Source of the DNA: Polyangiales bacterium | GTDB lineage: Bacteria > Myxococcota_A > Polyangia > Polyangiales > Polyangiaceae | Reading direction: 5' to 3' | DNA length: 64,000 bases | NCBI GenBank assembly: GCA_038231275.1 | Contig: JBBRLQ010000004.1 | Location: 160,001 to 224,000, forward strand | In this document: positions 28,917 to 39,947 of the stretch, one piece after another | Numbering within the stretch: position 1 is the stretch's first letter | Layout: each line of letters opens with the position of its first letter | Made by a program: the position numbers and the translations under genes | Notes under the pieces: model-generated | What the model was told of the DNA's origin: nothing | The model's database searches: none | What the model saw: the letters and a program-made list of their open reading frames with translations, nothing else

Positions 28917-30401
28917 TCAGCGATACGGGTCCTGATCGTCGATGGGCCGTTGCGGCCGGCCGCGCTGTTCTTTGGCGAGATCGATCTCGAGATCGGGCGC
29001 CGCGGCGTCGGACTTCGCGGTCAGGGCATTCGCCGCCGTCACGTCGGGCCGGCCTTGATGGATCTGCGCGCGCGCGGGCTTCCCATCGGCCGTGGCTGCG
29101 ACCGAGGCTCCGGCGGACCGTGCCGCCCACGCATCGACGAGATCGACGACCGGAGGCTCGGCGGCCGGGAGGGGGCCAACGTCGGGGAACGACGTCGCGT
29201 ACATGATCGACGCCGCCGGCGCACGCTCGCCCTCGCTGTGCTGCCGGCCCAAGGCGGCGAGCCCGATCATGCCGACGGTGCCGAGCGCGAGCGCCGCGAC
29301 GAGCAGTGGCGTTCGCCATCGCGAGGTCGAGACGGTGGTGACGAGCGGCGGTCCTTGGACGGGCGCGGGGGTCTCCCCGGCGACGGTCGGCTTCGAGTAC
29401 GGAGTCTGGAAGGCTTTGCTCATGGAGGTGGTGTGCGCGCGGAGGATTTCGACCACGTCGCGAAGGTCCGTGGGTCGTGCGTCCCGCGACAGTTGGAGGA
29501 GGCGCGAGACGAGTTCGAGGATTGGGGTGGGCAGATCCGGCACGCGGTGACCGAGCGCAACGATCGACTCGGTCGTGACGATGCGGATGATCTGCGCGAG
29601 GTTCTCGCCTTCGGTGGGTCGGACGCCGGCCAACGCTTCGTAGAGGATGACCCCGACAGCCCAGAGATCCGCGCGGTGATCGACCTCGTCGCCGAACATC
29701 TGCTCGGGCGCCATGTAATAAGGCGTTCCGAGGATCGTACCCAAACCCGTGGGTGTTCCGGAGCGCGCAGCGTCGCCGTCGGCGGCGGTGAGCTTCGCGA
29801 TCCCGAAATCGAGCACCTTGACCTGGATCGCGCCGTGCTCCTCGGCGAGGAAAATGTTCTCGGGCTTGAGGTCGCGATGGACGATGCCGAGCGAGTGCGC
29901 GGCCGCGACGGCTTCGCAGACGGGCACCATGATCTGCGCGGTTTCGGCGAGGGAGAGCGTCCTCTCTCTAAGCAGTCGCTCCGCGAAGCTCTCGCCTCGA
30001 AGAAGATCCATGACCATCACGGGGAAACCGTCTTCGAGCTCGAGGACGTCGTGGACGTGGATGACGCTCGGGTGGCGCACGGCGCAGGCCGCGCGCGCCT
30101 CTCGTGAAAAGCGTTGCCGACGGGCGGCGTCGTCGACTCCCGATGGCTTGAGGAACTTCAGCGCGACCGGCTTTCGCGTGACGAGGTGGGTCGCCGCCCA
30201 TACGACGCCCATGCCGCCCTCGCCCAGCACGCGAACGAGCCGAAAGCGCTGCGCGACGATGTCGCCGGGCTTGAACGCGATGAGCTCGCGGCCGCTCGGC
30301 GTACGGGTGACGAGCACTGGCACCGTCGGCGCGCGCGCGATCGCACGAAGGAGGCTGTCGGGCCCCTCGTCTTCGTCGGTGTCGCGCTTCTCGTCCGTCA
30401 T
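28917..30401 (-). CDS. Ser/Thr protein kinase, single TM, encoded directly downstream of an ECF sigma factor
   Basis: GEGGMGVV, VALK, HRDLKPEN, DFG and GTPYYMAPE; N-terminal DSLLRAIARAP helix; TM near aa 370. Confidence 0.92.
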   Translation of the reverse strand: MTDEKRDTDEDEGPDSLLRAIARAPTVPVLVTRTPSGRELIAFKPGDIVAQRFRLVRVLGEGGMGVVWAATHLVTRKPVALKFLKPSGVDDAARRQRFSREARAACAVRHPSVIHVHDVLELEDGFPVMVMDLLRGESFAERLLRERTLSLAETAQIMVPVCEAVAAAHSLGIVHRDLKPENIFLAEEHGAIQVKVLDFGIAKLTAADGDAARSGTPTGLGTILGTPYYMAPEQMFGDEVDHRADLWAVGVILYEALAGVRPTEGENLAQIIRIVTTESIVALGHRVPDLPTPILELVSRLLQLSRDARPTDLRDVVEILRAHTTSMSKAFQTPYSKPTVAGETPAPVQGPPLVTTVSTSRWRTPLLVAALALGTVGMIGLAALGRQHSEGERAPAASIMYATSFPDVGPLPAAEPPVVDLVDAWAARSAGASVAATADGKPARAQIHQGRPDVTAANALTAKSDAAAPDLEIDLAKEQRGRPQRPIDDQDPYR

Positions 30402-30427
30402 GACCCGATGCCCCTGCCGCCGGCGGT

Positions 30428-31048
30428 TTATTCGGTTAGCCCCTCGCGCTTCGCCAGCTCGCGGAGCTTGTCCTTGAGCAGCTGGTAGCGCTTCCTCAGC
30501 CGCGCCGACTCACGTGCGATCGCCGCGTCGTCGCGCGGCGTTTCGCCCTCCGAGAGGACGCGCGCCAGCTCGTTCCACGCGAGCCCTCGATCGACGCGCA
30601 GCACGAGCAGCGCGCGATCCTCCGGCGTGAGTGCGTCGCGAAGCGCGTCGAGCTTCGAGCGCTTCTCGGTGCGAAGGAAGCCGAGCGTCTCGGTCCTCAC
30701 TCCCTGAGCGACGTTCTCGAACACCGACGTCGATGCGTCGCCGCGCCGCTTCGCCTTGCGCGCGGCGTCCCGCTTCGCGTTGCGCGTGGCGTTGCGAGCG
30801 ATCGCGTACGCCCACGTGCGGAGGCTCGCGCTCCACTCGAAGGTCTCGAGGCTCCGCCAGAGCCCTTCCGCGAACGTCGAGAACGCGTCGGCCGCGGCGG
30901 TCTCGTCGCGCATCACGGCGAGGAGAAAGGCGAAGATCTCGCCGCCGTACGCGCGCAACGCGAGCGTGGCTGCGCCGCTGGTGTCTCCTTTTTCGCAGAG
31001 GGCACGCACTTCGTCCTCGACGCGAGCCCGTTCGATCTCGTTCAGCAT
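30428..31048 (-). CDS. ECF-type sigma-70 factor
   Basis: Sigma2 region YGGEIFAFL..RDETAAADAF...W...SLRTWAYAIARN; sigma4 region L..EDRALLVLR...LAWNELARVL...LRKRYQ. Start is 31048 or 31102. Confidence 0.85.
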   Translation of the reverse strand: MLNEIERARVEDEVRALCEKGDTSGAATLALRAYGGEIFAFLLAVMRDETAAADAFSTFAEGLWRSLETFEWSASLRTWAYAIARNATRNAKRDAARKAKRRGDASTSVFENVAQGVRTETLGFLRTEKRSKLDALRDALTPEDRALLVLRVDRGLAWNELARVLSEGETPRDDAAIARESARLRKRYQLLKDKLRELAKREGLTE

Positions 31049-31222
31049 GGCTTCCAGGAGATCGTGTCCCTCCGCGGGCGTTTGTGAAGACGCGCGCGTC
31101 ATTCCAACGCCCGGAGGCCTTCGAAAGGTAGGAGAGCGGGGGACTCCCTCCATGGTCAGCTCATTTGCCGCGTCGTTTGGTCCCGGTAGAGGGGCGCCCT
31201 CGAGCGCGACCGGCGCCGCGGC

Positions 31223-32026
31223 TCACCGAATCCACACGAACGTCTGCGGATTCAGCGCGACCAGCCGGCCGTCGGCGGTCCACAGCTCTCGGTTTTCGAC
31301 CAGGAACCCCTCGTGCGCGGCGACTCCCGTGGCGCGGTGGAAGAGCGGCTCGTTCGGATCAAGCGCAACCTTCGGCGGGAAGTACTGGAGCGTGAAGGCG
31401 ATCGTCCCGATCGGACGCGGGGCCGACTCGATCGAAAAGCCCGCAGGCCAGTACGCGTCGGCGAGCGCCACGATCTCCGGCCCACCAAGCGACGGCAGCG
31501 CCGTTCTCGCGCGGACCCACCCCTCCGCGCGCGGCTCCTTCGCGCTCGAGAACGGCGCCGGGCCCGTGAGGCGGAACTCGAGGAACTGCGCGAACGACGG
31601 CGCGAGCGGCGGACCGATCGGCGCGACGGGCACGTCACGCCACGGCGCGCGCTTCGGCGGCGGTGGCGCCCACGCGTGCTCGACGTTGCGCGCCTTGCCC
31701 AGGACGGCCGTGGCGACCGCAAGCGTCTCCCCTTCCCTCGCGAGCTCCGCGCGGAACGTGGAGACTCCGCTGCCGCGACGAACGAGCGTCACTCGGATCG
31801 TGGAACGGCCGACGCCCACCGGCCCCGCGATCTCGCCGGTCAGCGAACGCAAGACGCGATCCTTCTCCGGCTCGCAGGCCTCGATCGCGCGCGTCATCGC
31901 CCCGAGGACCAGACCCCCGAACGCGCCGCGGCCTTGCGTCCAGCCTTCGTGCACGTCCAGCGTGAAGAGGCCTGGTTCGCCCTCCGGAACGGGGCTCGTC
32001 GCCGCCAAGAGATCGTCCACCCGCAC
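31223..32026 (-). CDS. Acyl-CoA thioesterase (TesB-like double hot-dog) family protein
   Basis: W.QGRGAFGG, RRGSGVST, LADAYWP and ELWTADGRLVA. Confidence 0.85.
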   Translation of the reverse strand: MRVDDLLAATSPVPEGEPGLFTLDVHEGWTQGRGAFGGLVLGAMTRAIEACEPEKDRVLRSLTGEIAGPVGVGRSTIRVTLVRRGSGVSTFRAELAREGETLAVATAVLGKARNVEHAWAPPPPKRAPWRDVPVAPIGPPLAPSFAQFLEFRLTGPAPFSSAKEPRAEGWVRARTALPSLGGPEIVALADAYWPAGFSIESAPRPIGTIAFTLQYFPPKVALDPNEPLFHRATGVAAHEGFLVENRELWTADGRLVALNPQTFVWIR

Positions 32027-32108
32027 TACCTAGGGCGGCGGCCTCCGAACGTAAAGGCGCCTCGCGTGAAGCCTCACACGGCGCGCGCGATCACGGTAGA
32101 CTGCTGCC

Positions 32109-32690
32109 ATGGCCGACCCGCGCCGGCGTTCTCCGTTCAAGGGGCTGACGATGAGGCTCCCGTCGGCGAAGCCTCCGTCCATACCGGCGCCATCGTACGT
32201 CCCGCCGGACTTCGCCGACACCGACAACGATCTCGACACCGCGCCGGTGACCGATCTCTCCAATCGCGGCGAGCACACCGAGAACGACGACGAGAGCAAG
32301 ATCGAGATCGCGATCGTCCGCGAGGACGCGACCCCGCGCCGCGCCCGCTCGCCGTGGCGCGCGATCGAGGTGTGGACGAAGAACCGCGTCTACGGAATGG
32401 ACTCGTCGTTCATCTGCATCGAGGTCGTCGATCGCGCGACGGGCAAGCTCGATCCGAACCACCCCATCCTCGGCGGGCGTCTGGGCGGCGGTCGACGGCG
32501 CGGCACCAAGGGGCAGACGCTCACCCACCCGCTGCCACTCCCCGGCACCGAGGCGATGTTCCTCCGCGCGAAAAAGCAGGGGTATACGTCGAGCGTCGAG
32601 CGCGTGATCCTCCGCGTCCGTGCGCTGCGCGTTCGGAACACGGTCACGTGGGAGCAGGTGCTCGACGTCGATCAGGATCTGCAGGACTGA
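32109..32690 (+). CDS. Hypothetical protein (disordered N-terminus, compact beta-rich C-terminal domain)
   Basis: Good codon bias; TAGACT-N6-ATG start; domain EVWTKNRVY...C..V.DRATG...H...TSSVERV. Confidence 0.6.
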   Translation: MADPRRRSPFKGLTMRLPSAKPPSIPAPSYVPPDFADTDNDLDTAPVTDLSNRGEHTENDDESKIEIAIVREDATPRRARSPWRAIEVWTKNRVYGMDSSFICIEVVDRATGKLDPNHPILGGRLGGGRRRGTKGQTLTHPLPLPGTEAMFLRAKKQGYTSSVERVILRVRALRVRNTVTWEQVLDVDQDLQD

Positions 32691-32703
32691 CGAGCCGCGT
32701 CGC

Positions 32704-33099
32704 CTACGGATCGGGGCACGGGCCGCCGAACGCGCCGAGGAAGCGCGCGGCCCACACGATCAAAAGGAGCGCGACGACCGCCGAGGAAATGCGCGAGAGG
32801 TGTGGGATCCTCGTCGCGCTGCCCCACGCGCCCGTGCGGGTGTAGTGCCAAAGCTCGAGACCCGCGAGCGCCGCGACGAAGGGCAGCGCCACCATCCAGA
32901 GCGGGTGCATGTGGGTCGCCGCCGCGAAGTCGCCGTGCGCCGCGAGCCGCGCCGCGCGCGTGAGGCCGCACGACGGGCAAGGGATACGGAGGATCGTGTA
33001 AAACGGACACGGCCACCGCACGCCCAGCTTCGGCGCGAAGAAGAGGACGCCCGCGAGCGCCGCGACGACGAACGACGGAGCGAGCCTTCGAAGGCTCAG
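32704..33099 (-). CDS. DUF2752-domain membrane protein
   Basis: CPFYTILRIPCPSCGLTRA...GDF.AA...HPL motif with TM segments. Start uncertain; probably coupled to the upstream stop. Confidence 0.8.
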   Translation of the reverse strand: MSLRRLAPSFVVAALAGVLFFAPKLGVRWPCPFYTILRIPCPSCGLTRAARLAAHGDFAAATHMHPLWMVALPFVAALAGLELWHYTRTGAWGSATRIPHLSRISSAVVALLLIVWAARFLGAFGGPCPDP

Positions 33100-34271
33100 C
33101 CCGGCGCCTGCCACACCTTGTTGAGCTCCTCCTGGAGGAGGATCACGTTGTAGTACGGCACGAGGTACATGATGCCTTGGTTCTGCGGGTTCTGGAGGCC
33201 GGCGCGCTGCTGCATCTCCTGAACGAGGACCCCGCACTGCGTCACCTGCCAGTAGATCGCGTAGAGGCCGCACGTGACCGACGTGAGGAGGAAGATCTTC
33301 CAGAACGGCGCCGCGTCACGACCCAGGTACGCGTTGATCTCCTGGCAGGCGCGGTAAAACCAGAAGGTCTGGTAGAGCCCGCAGGAGACGAAGGAGTACA
33401 CGAGCTCCATCGTGCCGCTGCGCGGGATGCCCTTCGGGCCGTGCTGGCCCGGGCCCATCATTTGCTGGCCTTGCGGCGGCATCATTCCTTGCGGCTGGCC
33501 GTACGGCGCCATCATCCCCGGGCCACCTTGCGGAGCGCCCATCCCCATCTGCTGCTGCATCGGCGGCTGGCCCCAGTCCTGCGGGCCACCCTGCTGTTGT
33601 TGTTGTTGCTGCTGCGGAGGCGGGAAGCCTTGCTGCTGCGGAGGCGGTCCGTAGCCGCCTCCCCCGCCGCCGAAGTCTTGCGGTCCAGGACCACCAGGCG
33701 GGGGCTGTCCATAACCCCCACCGCCGAAGCCTCCCGAGCCGGGCTGTTGCGGAGCGGCCTGCGCGGGCGGCGCGCCGAAGCCGAACGGGTTGGGCCCATC
33801 CGCCGCGACGGTGCCGCCGAGCGGATTCACGGGGTTCATCGGCGGCGCGCCGAACGGCGGCGGCGTTCCGATGTTTCCCATTTGCGGCTGCTGGCCACCC
33901 ATCACGAACGCGGGAGGCGGCGGCACGTCACCGCCCGGCGGGATCGACGGCGGACGCGGCGGCGTCGGCGGGATGCCCATCGGCGGCGCGACGCCGACCA
34001 TCGTGCCCTTCAGCTTCGAAGGCATCGGCGCGGGATTCCCGAGCGGCGCTCCTTCTCCTCCTCCACCTCCGAACGGAGGACCGCCACCGGGCGGCGGAGC
34101 GGCACCGGCCGGAGTGGGCGGACGCGGAACGGCCGGGATTGCGCCCGGGTTGTTCATCATCAGCATCGTGCCCTTGAACTTGGGGGCGGCGGCGCCCTTC
34201 AAGTTGAAGTTGCACTTGGTGCACGTCGCCGCAGTCTCTGGATTCTGGGTCCCGCAGTTCGGACAGAACAC
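33096..34271 (-). CDS. Zinc-ribbon + P/G/Q-rich linker + DUF4234 membrane-domain protein
   Basis: FCPNCG...CTKC; two copies of SxV(S/T)CGLY..(F/Y)W; C-terminal LQEELNKVW. Confidence 0.8.
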   Translation of the reverse strand: MFCPNCGTQNPETAATCTKCNFNLKGAAAPKFKGTMLMMNNPGAIPAVPRPPTPAGAAPPPGGGPPFGGGGGEGAPLGNPAPMPSKLKGTMVGVAPPMGIPPTPPRPPSIPPGGDVPPPPAFVMGGQQPQMGNIGTPPPFGAPPMNPVNPLGGTVAADGPNPFGFGAPPAQAAPQQPGSGGFGGGGYGQPPPGGPGPQDFGGGGGGYGPPPQQQGFPPPQQQQQQQQGGPQDWGQPPMQQQMGMGAPQGGPGMMAPYGQPQGMMPPQGQQMMGPGQHGPKGIPRSGTMELVYSFVSCGLYQTFWFYRACQEINAYLGRDAAPFWKIFLLTSVTCGLYAIYWQVTQCGVLVQEMQQRAGLQNPQNQGIMYLVPYYNVILLQEELNKVWQAPG

Positions 34272-34491
34272 TGAGAAGTACCTCCGTACCGTTTCGCGCG
34301 TTGCCCCCCGACCACGAGCGGGCGTTCGCGGGGGGCAGCATAGAGCGGAAGTCGTTGGACCGGAACGGCAAACGACTGGAGCGACCCAACAAGGGGGTCT
34401 TGTTATCCAGCGTTCGGCCTCAATGTCTTTGAGCGCGCGCGCCCCACTCCGTCGCAAGGTCGGCGCTCGTATGCGCGGATCGATCCTGCCC

Positions 34492-34521
34492 TTGACACCC
34501 GTGCACCGTCGCCACTACCGT
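34492..34521 (+). promoter_or_regulatory. Putative sigma70 promoter of the nuo operon
   Basis: TTGACA-N18-TACCGT about 120 bp upstream of nuoE. Confidence 0.45.
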
Positions 34522-34641
34522 CCGCGCCGCCCAGATCCGTATTTTCCCGACGATATTCCGCGACTTTGCTCAGGCTCCTGCCGGGCCACCCTGCTCCGGC
34601 CGCCGCTCTCCCCCCCGCCCCACCCCTCAGGAACTCCTGCG

Positions 34642-35121
34642 ATGCCCTTTGCTCTCAGCGCCGATCGCGAGCGTGAGCTGACCGAGATCCTCTCGCGCTA
34701 CCCGACGAAAATGGCGGCGACGATCCCCGCGCTCCACCTCATGCAAGCGCAAGAGGGCTGGATCAGCGAGGAGATGATGATCTGGCTCGCGCACAAGCTC
34801 GACGTGTCGCCCGCCCACGTGAAGGGCGTCGTCACCTTCTACCCGCTCTTCAACCAGGAGCCGGTCGGCAAGCACCAGATCTGGGTCTGCCGCACGCTGC
34901 CGTGTGCCCTTCGCGGCGCGGGCGACGTGATCAAGCAGTGCGAGAAGAAACTCGGGGTCCACGTCGGCCATACGACGAAGGACGGAAAGGTCACGCTCAA
35001 GACCGCGGAGTGCCTCGCGAGCTGCGGCACCGCTCCGATGATGCAGGTCGACAAGGAGTACCACGAGAACCTGACCCCCGAGCGCATCGACCAGATCCTG
35101 GAGAAGCTCCAACGTGATTAA
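34642..35121 (+). CDS. nuoE: NADH-quinone oxidoreductase subunit E
   Basis: VVTFY; [2Fe-2S] ligands CRTLPC...ECLASCGTAP. Confidence 0.93.
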   Translation: MPFALSADRERELTEILSRYPTKMAATIPALHLMQAQEGWISEEMMIWLAHKLDVSPAHVKGVVTFYPLFNQEPVGKHQIWVCRTLPCALRGAGDVIKQCEKKLGVHVGHTTKDGKVTLKTAECLASCGTAPMMQVDKEYHENLTPERIDQILEKLQRD

Positions 35122-36478
35122 GACGTGCACCCACCTCACGAAGCTGTACGGGAAGCCGAACGGCTGGTCCCTCGACGCCTACGAGCGTGAGCTCGGCGGC
35201 TACAAGGCCGCGCGCCGCGTGCTCACCGAGATGACGCGCGACCAGGTCGTCGACGAGGCGAAGAAGGCGAACATCCGCGGTCGTGGCGGCGCCGGTTTCC
35301 CCATGGGCGTCAAGTGGAGCTTCATGCCGAAGCAGGCGCCCGCCGGCAAGCCCATGTACCTCGCGGTCAACGCCGACGAGAGCGAGCCCGGCACGCACAA
35401 AGACCGCACGATCATGGAGGAGAACCCTCACTCCGTGGTCGAGGGCTGCATCATCGCCTGCTACGGCATCGGCGCGAACAAGGCCTTCATCTACGTCCGC
35501 GACGAGCTGCACCTCTCGAAGGCGCGCCTCTGGGCCGCGATCAAAGAGGCAAAGCAGAAGGGCTACCTCGGCGCGACGCCCTTCGGCAAAGCGTACCCGA
35601 TCGACATCGTCGTCCACACCGGCGGCGGCACGTACATCTGCGGCGAAGAGACGGCGATGCTCAACTCGCTCGAGGGCAAGCGTGGCGAGCCGCGCCTCAA
35701 GCCTCCGTTCCCTGCGCAGGTCGGCGTGTTCGGCTGCCCGACCACGGTGAACAACCTCGAGACCATCGCGATCGTCCCCGCGGCGTTCGAGATGGGCTGC
35801 GAGAAGTTCAGCCAGCAAAGCAGCCTGCACGACGTGAAGGACGGCGGGTGTCGTCTCTACGGCGTGAACGGCCACGTGAAGCGACCGCAGGTCGTCGAGC
35901 TCGCGGTCGGCGTCACGATGCGCGAGCTCATCTACGACATCGGCGGCGGCGTCACTGGCGATCGCGAGATCCTCGGCGTCATCCCCGGCGGATCGTCCAC
36001 CCCTCCTCTTCTTCCGACCGACATCCTCCACGCGCCCGACGAGAAATCGCCGATGCACCGCTTCCACGGCATGAACGTGCTCGACGTGCCACTCGGCGTC
36101 GACACGATGCGCGCCGCCGGCACGATGCTCGGCACCTGCTGCGTCACCGTCATGGCCGTCGGCACCTGCCCGGTCCTCGCGATGGAGAACCTGATGCAGT
36201 TCTACCGCCACGAGTCGTGCGGCCAGTGCACGCCATGCCGCGAAGGCAGCGCGTGGCTGAAGCGCGTCGTCAGCAAGATTTTGGACGGCGAGTCGTCGAT
36301 GGAGGAGCTGAACGAGCTCCACGACATCGCGAACAGCATCATGGGCAACACCATCTGCGCCTTCGGCGAGGGGACGGCGATGCCGGCGATGGGCTTCCTC
36401 AAGAAGTACCGCAAGGACTTCGAACAATACGTGCGCGGCGAGAAGACGCGCAAAGACGCGCGGCTGACGGTGAGCTGA
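35114..36478 (+). CDS. nuoF: NADH-quinone oxidoreductase subunit F
   Basis: RGRGGAGF, NADESEPGT, YICGEET and HESCGQCTPCREG...ICAFG. Confidence 0.95.
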   Translation: MIKTCTHLTKLYGKPNGWSLDAYERELGGYKAARRVLTEMTRDQVVDEAKKANIRGRGGAGFPMGVKWSFMPKQAPAGKPMYLAVNADESEPGTHKDRTIMEENPHSVVEGCIIACYGIGANKAFIYVRDELHLSKARLWAAIKEAKQKGYLGATPFGKAYPIDIVVHTGGGTYICGEETAMLNSLEGKRGEPRLKPPFPAQVGVFGCPTTVNNLETIAIVPAAFEMGCEKFSQQSSLHDVKDGGCRLYGVNGHVKRPQVVELAVGVTMRELIYDIGGGVTGDREILGVIPGGSSTPPLLPTDILHAPDEKSPMHRFHGMNVLDVPLGVDTMRAAGTMLGTCCVTVMAVGTCPVLAMENLMQFYRHESCGQCTPCREGSAWLKRVVSKILDGESSMEELNELHDIANSIMGNTICAFGEGTAMPAMGFLKKYRKDFEQYVRGEKTRKDARLTVS

Positions 36479-36515
36479 CGCGAGCGCCGAGAAGACGGAA
36501 CCAGAAGAGCACACC

Positions 36516-37070
36516 ATGCACATGACCCTCCCCGATTGGTACTTCGCGCTGTGCGGCCTCGTCGCCGTGCTCGGCGCGTTCGTCACCGTGTCGAACCCCA
36601 ACCCCATCCGCGGCGCGATGGGGCTCCTCCTCATGATCCTGAGCATCGCGGGGCTCTTTCTGTCGCTCCACGCGCAGTTCCTGGCGGCGATTCAGCTCAT
36701 CGTCTACGCCGGCGCGATCGTCGTCCTCTTCCTGTTCGTCATCATGCTCCTCGGCCCCAGCGCGCAGACGCCGCGGGACGGGCGCGGCAAGATCGCGCGG
36801 TACTTCGGCGGCGGGCTCTTCGCGCTCGGCTTCGCGGGCGCCGGCTTCCTGGTCGTGCGCGGCGCATCCGCTTCTCACCCCGCAAGCGGGGGCCCCTGGG
36901 GCGCCCCTCCCATCGTCGACGCGGATTTCGGCGGAATCGACAAGTTCGGGCAGGTGCTCTTCTCGCACGGGGTCGTTCCGTTCGAGCTCTCGAGCGCCTT
37001 GCTCATGATCGCGGTCGTCGGCGCCGTCGCCATCGCGCGCGGCCGCCACAAAGGGGAGGAGCGCACGTGA
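36516..37070 (+). CDS. nuoJ: NADH-quinone oxidoreductase subunit J
   Basis: AQFLAAIQLIVYAGAIVVLFLFVIM; PFELSS. Confidence 0.93.
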   Translation: MHMTLPDWYFALCGLVAVLGAFVTVSNPNPIRGAMGLLLMILSIAGLFLSLHAQFLAAIQLIVYAGAIVVLFLFVIMLLGPSAQTPRDGRGKIARYFGGGLFALGFAGAGFLVVRGASASHPASGGPWGAPPIVDADFGGIDKFGQVLFSHGVVPFELSSALLMIAVVGAVAIARGRHKGEERT

Positions 37071-37372
37071 CCGGTATTGGCAACTACGTCGTCCTCTCGG
37101 GCGTCCTCTTCGCGATCGGGGGCGTCGGCTTCCTCGTTCGACGCAACGTGCTCGTCGCCCTGATGAGCATCGAGATCATGCTGAACGCGGTGAACCTGCT
37201 CCTCGTGGCGTTCAACCGGCTGCACGCGCAGGCCCTGACCGGCCAGCTCTTCGCCTTCTTCATCATCGCCGCCGAGGCCGCCGAGGTCGCGGTCGGTCTC
37301 GCGATCGTCCTGTCGCTCTTCCGCATCAAGCGGACGGTGCGCTCGGACGAAGCGGACCTGCTCAAGAACTGA
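37067..37372 (+). CDS. nuoK: NADH-quinone oxidoreductase subunit K
   Basis: GTG start overlapping the nuoJ stop; RRN..MSIEIMLNAVNL; AAEVAVGLA. Confidence 0.93.
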   Translation: MTGIGNYVVLSGVLFAIGGVGFLVRRNVLVALMSIEIMLNAVNLLLVAFNRLHAQALTGQLFAFFIIAAEAAEVAVGLAIVLSLFRIKRTVRSDEADLLKN

Positions 37373-37390
37373 CCGGAGCCGTCACAAGAC

Positions 37391-39937
<2,547 letters not shown>

Positions 39938-39947
39938 GCACAACGAC

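Noticed and set aside
27202..31150. Intact mobile element downstream of ychF
   Set aside because: No integrase, transposase or flanking direct repeat seen; kept only as a possible scar.
33790..34641. Long N-terminal extension of NuoE suggested by the ORF track
   Set aside because: It overlaps the antisense DUF4234 gene and the promoter; NuoE homology begins at 34642.
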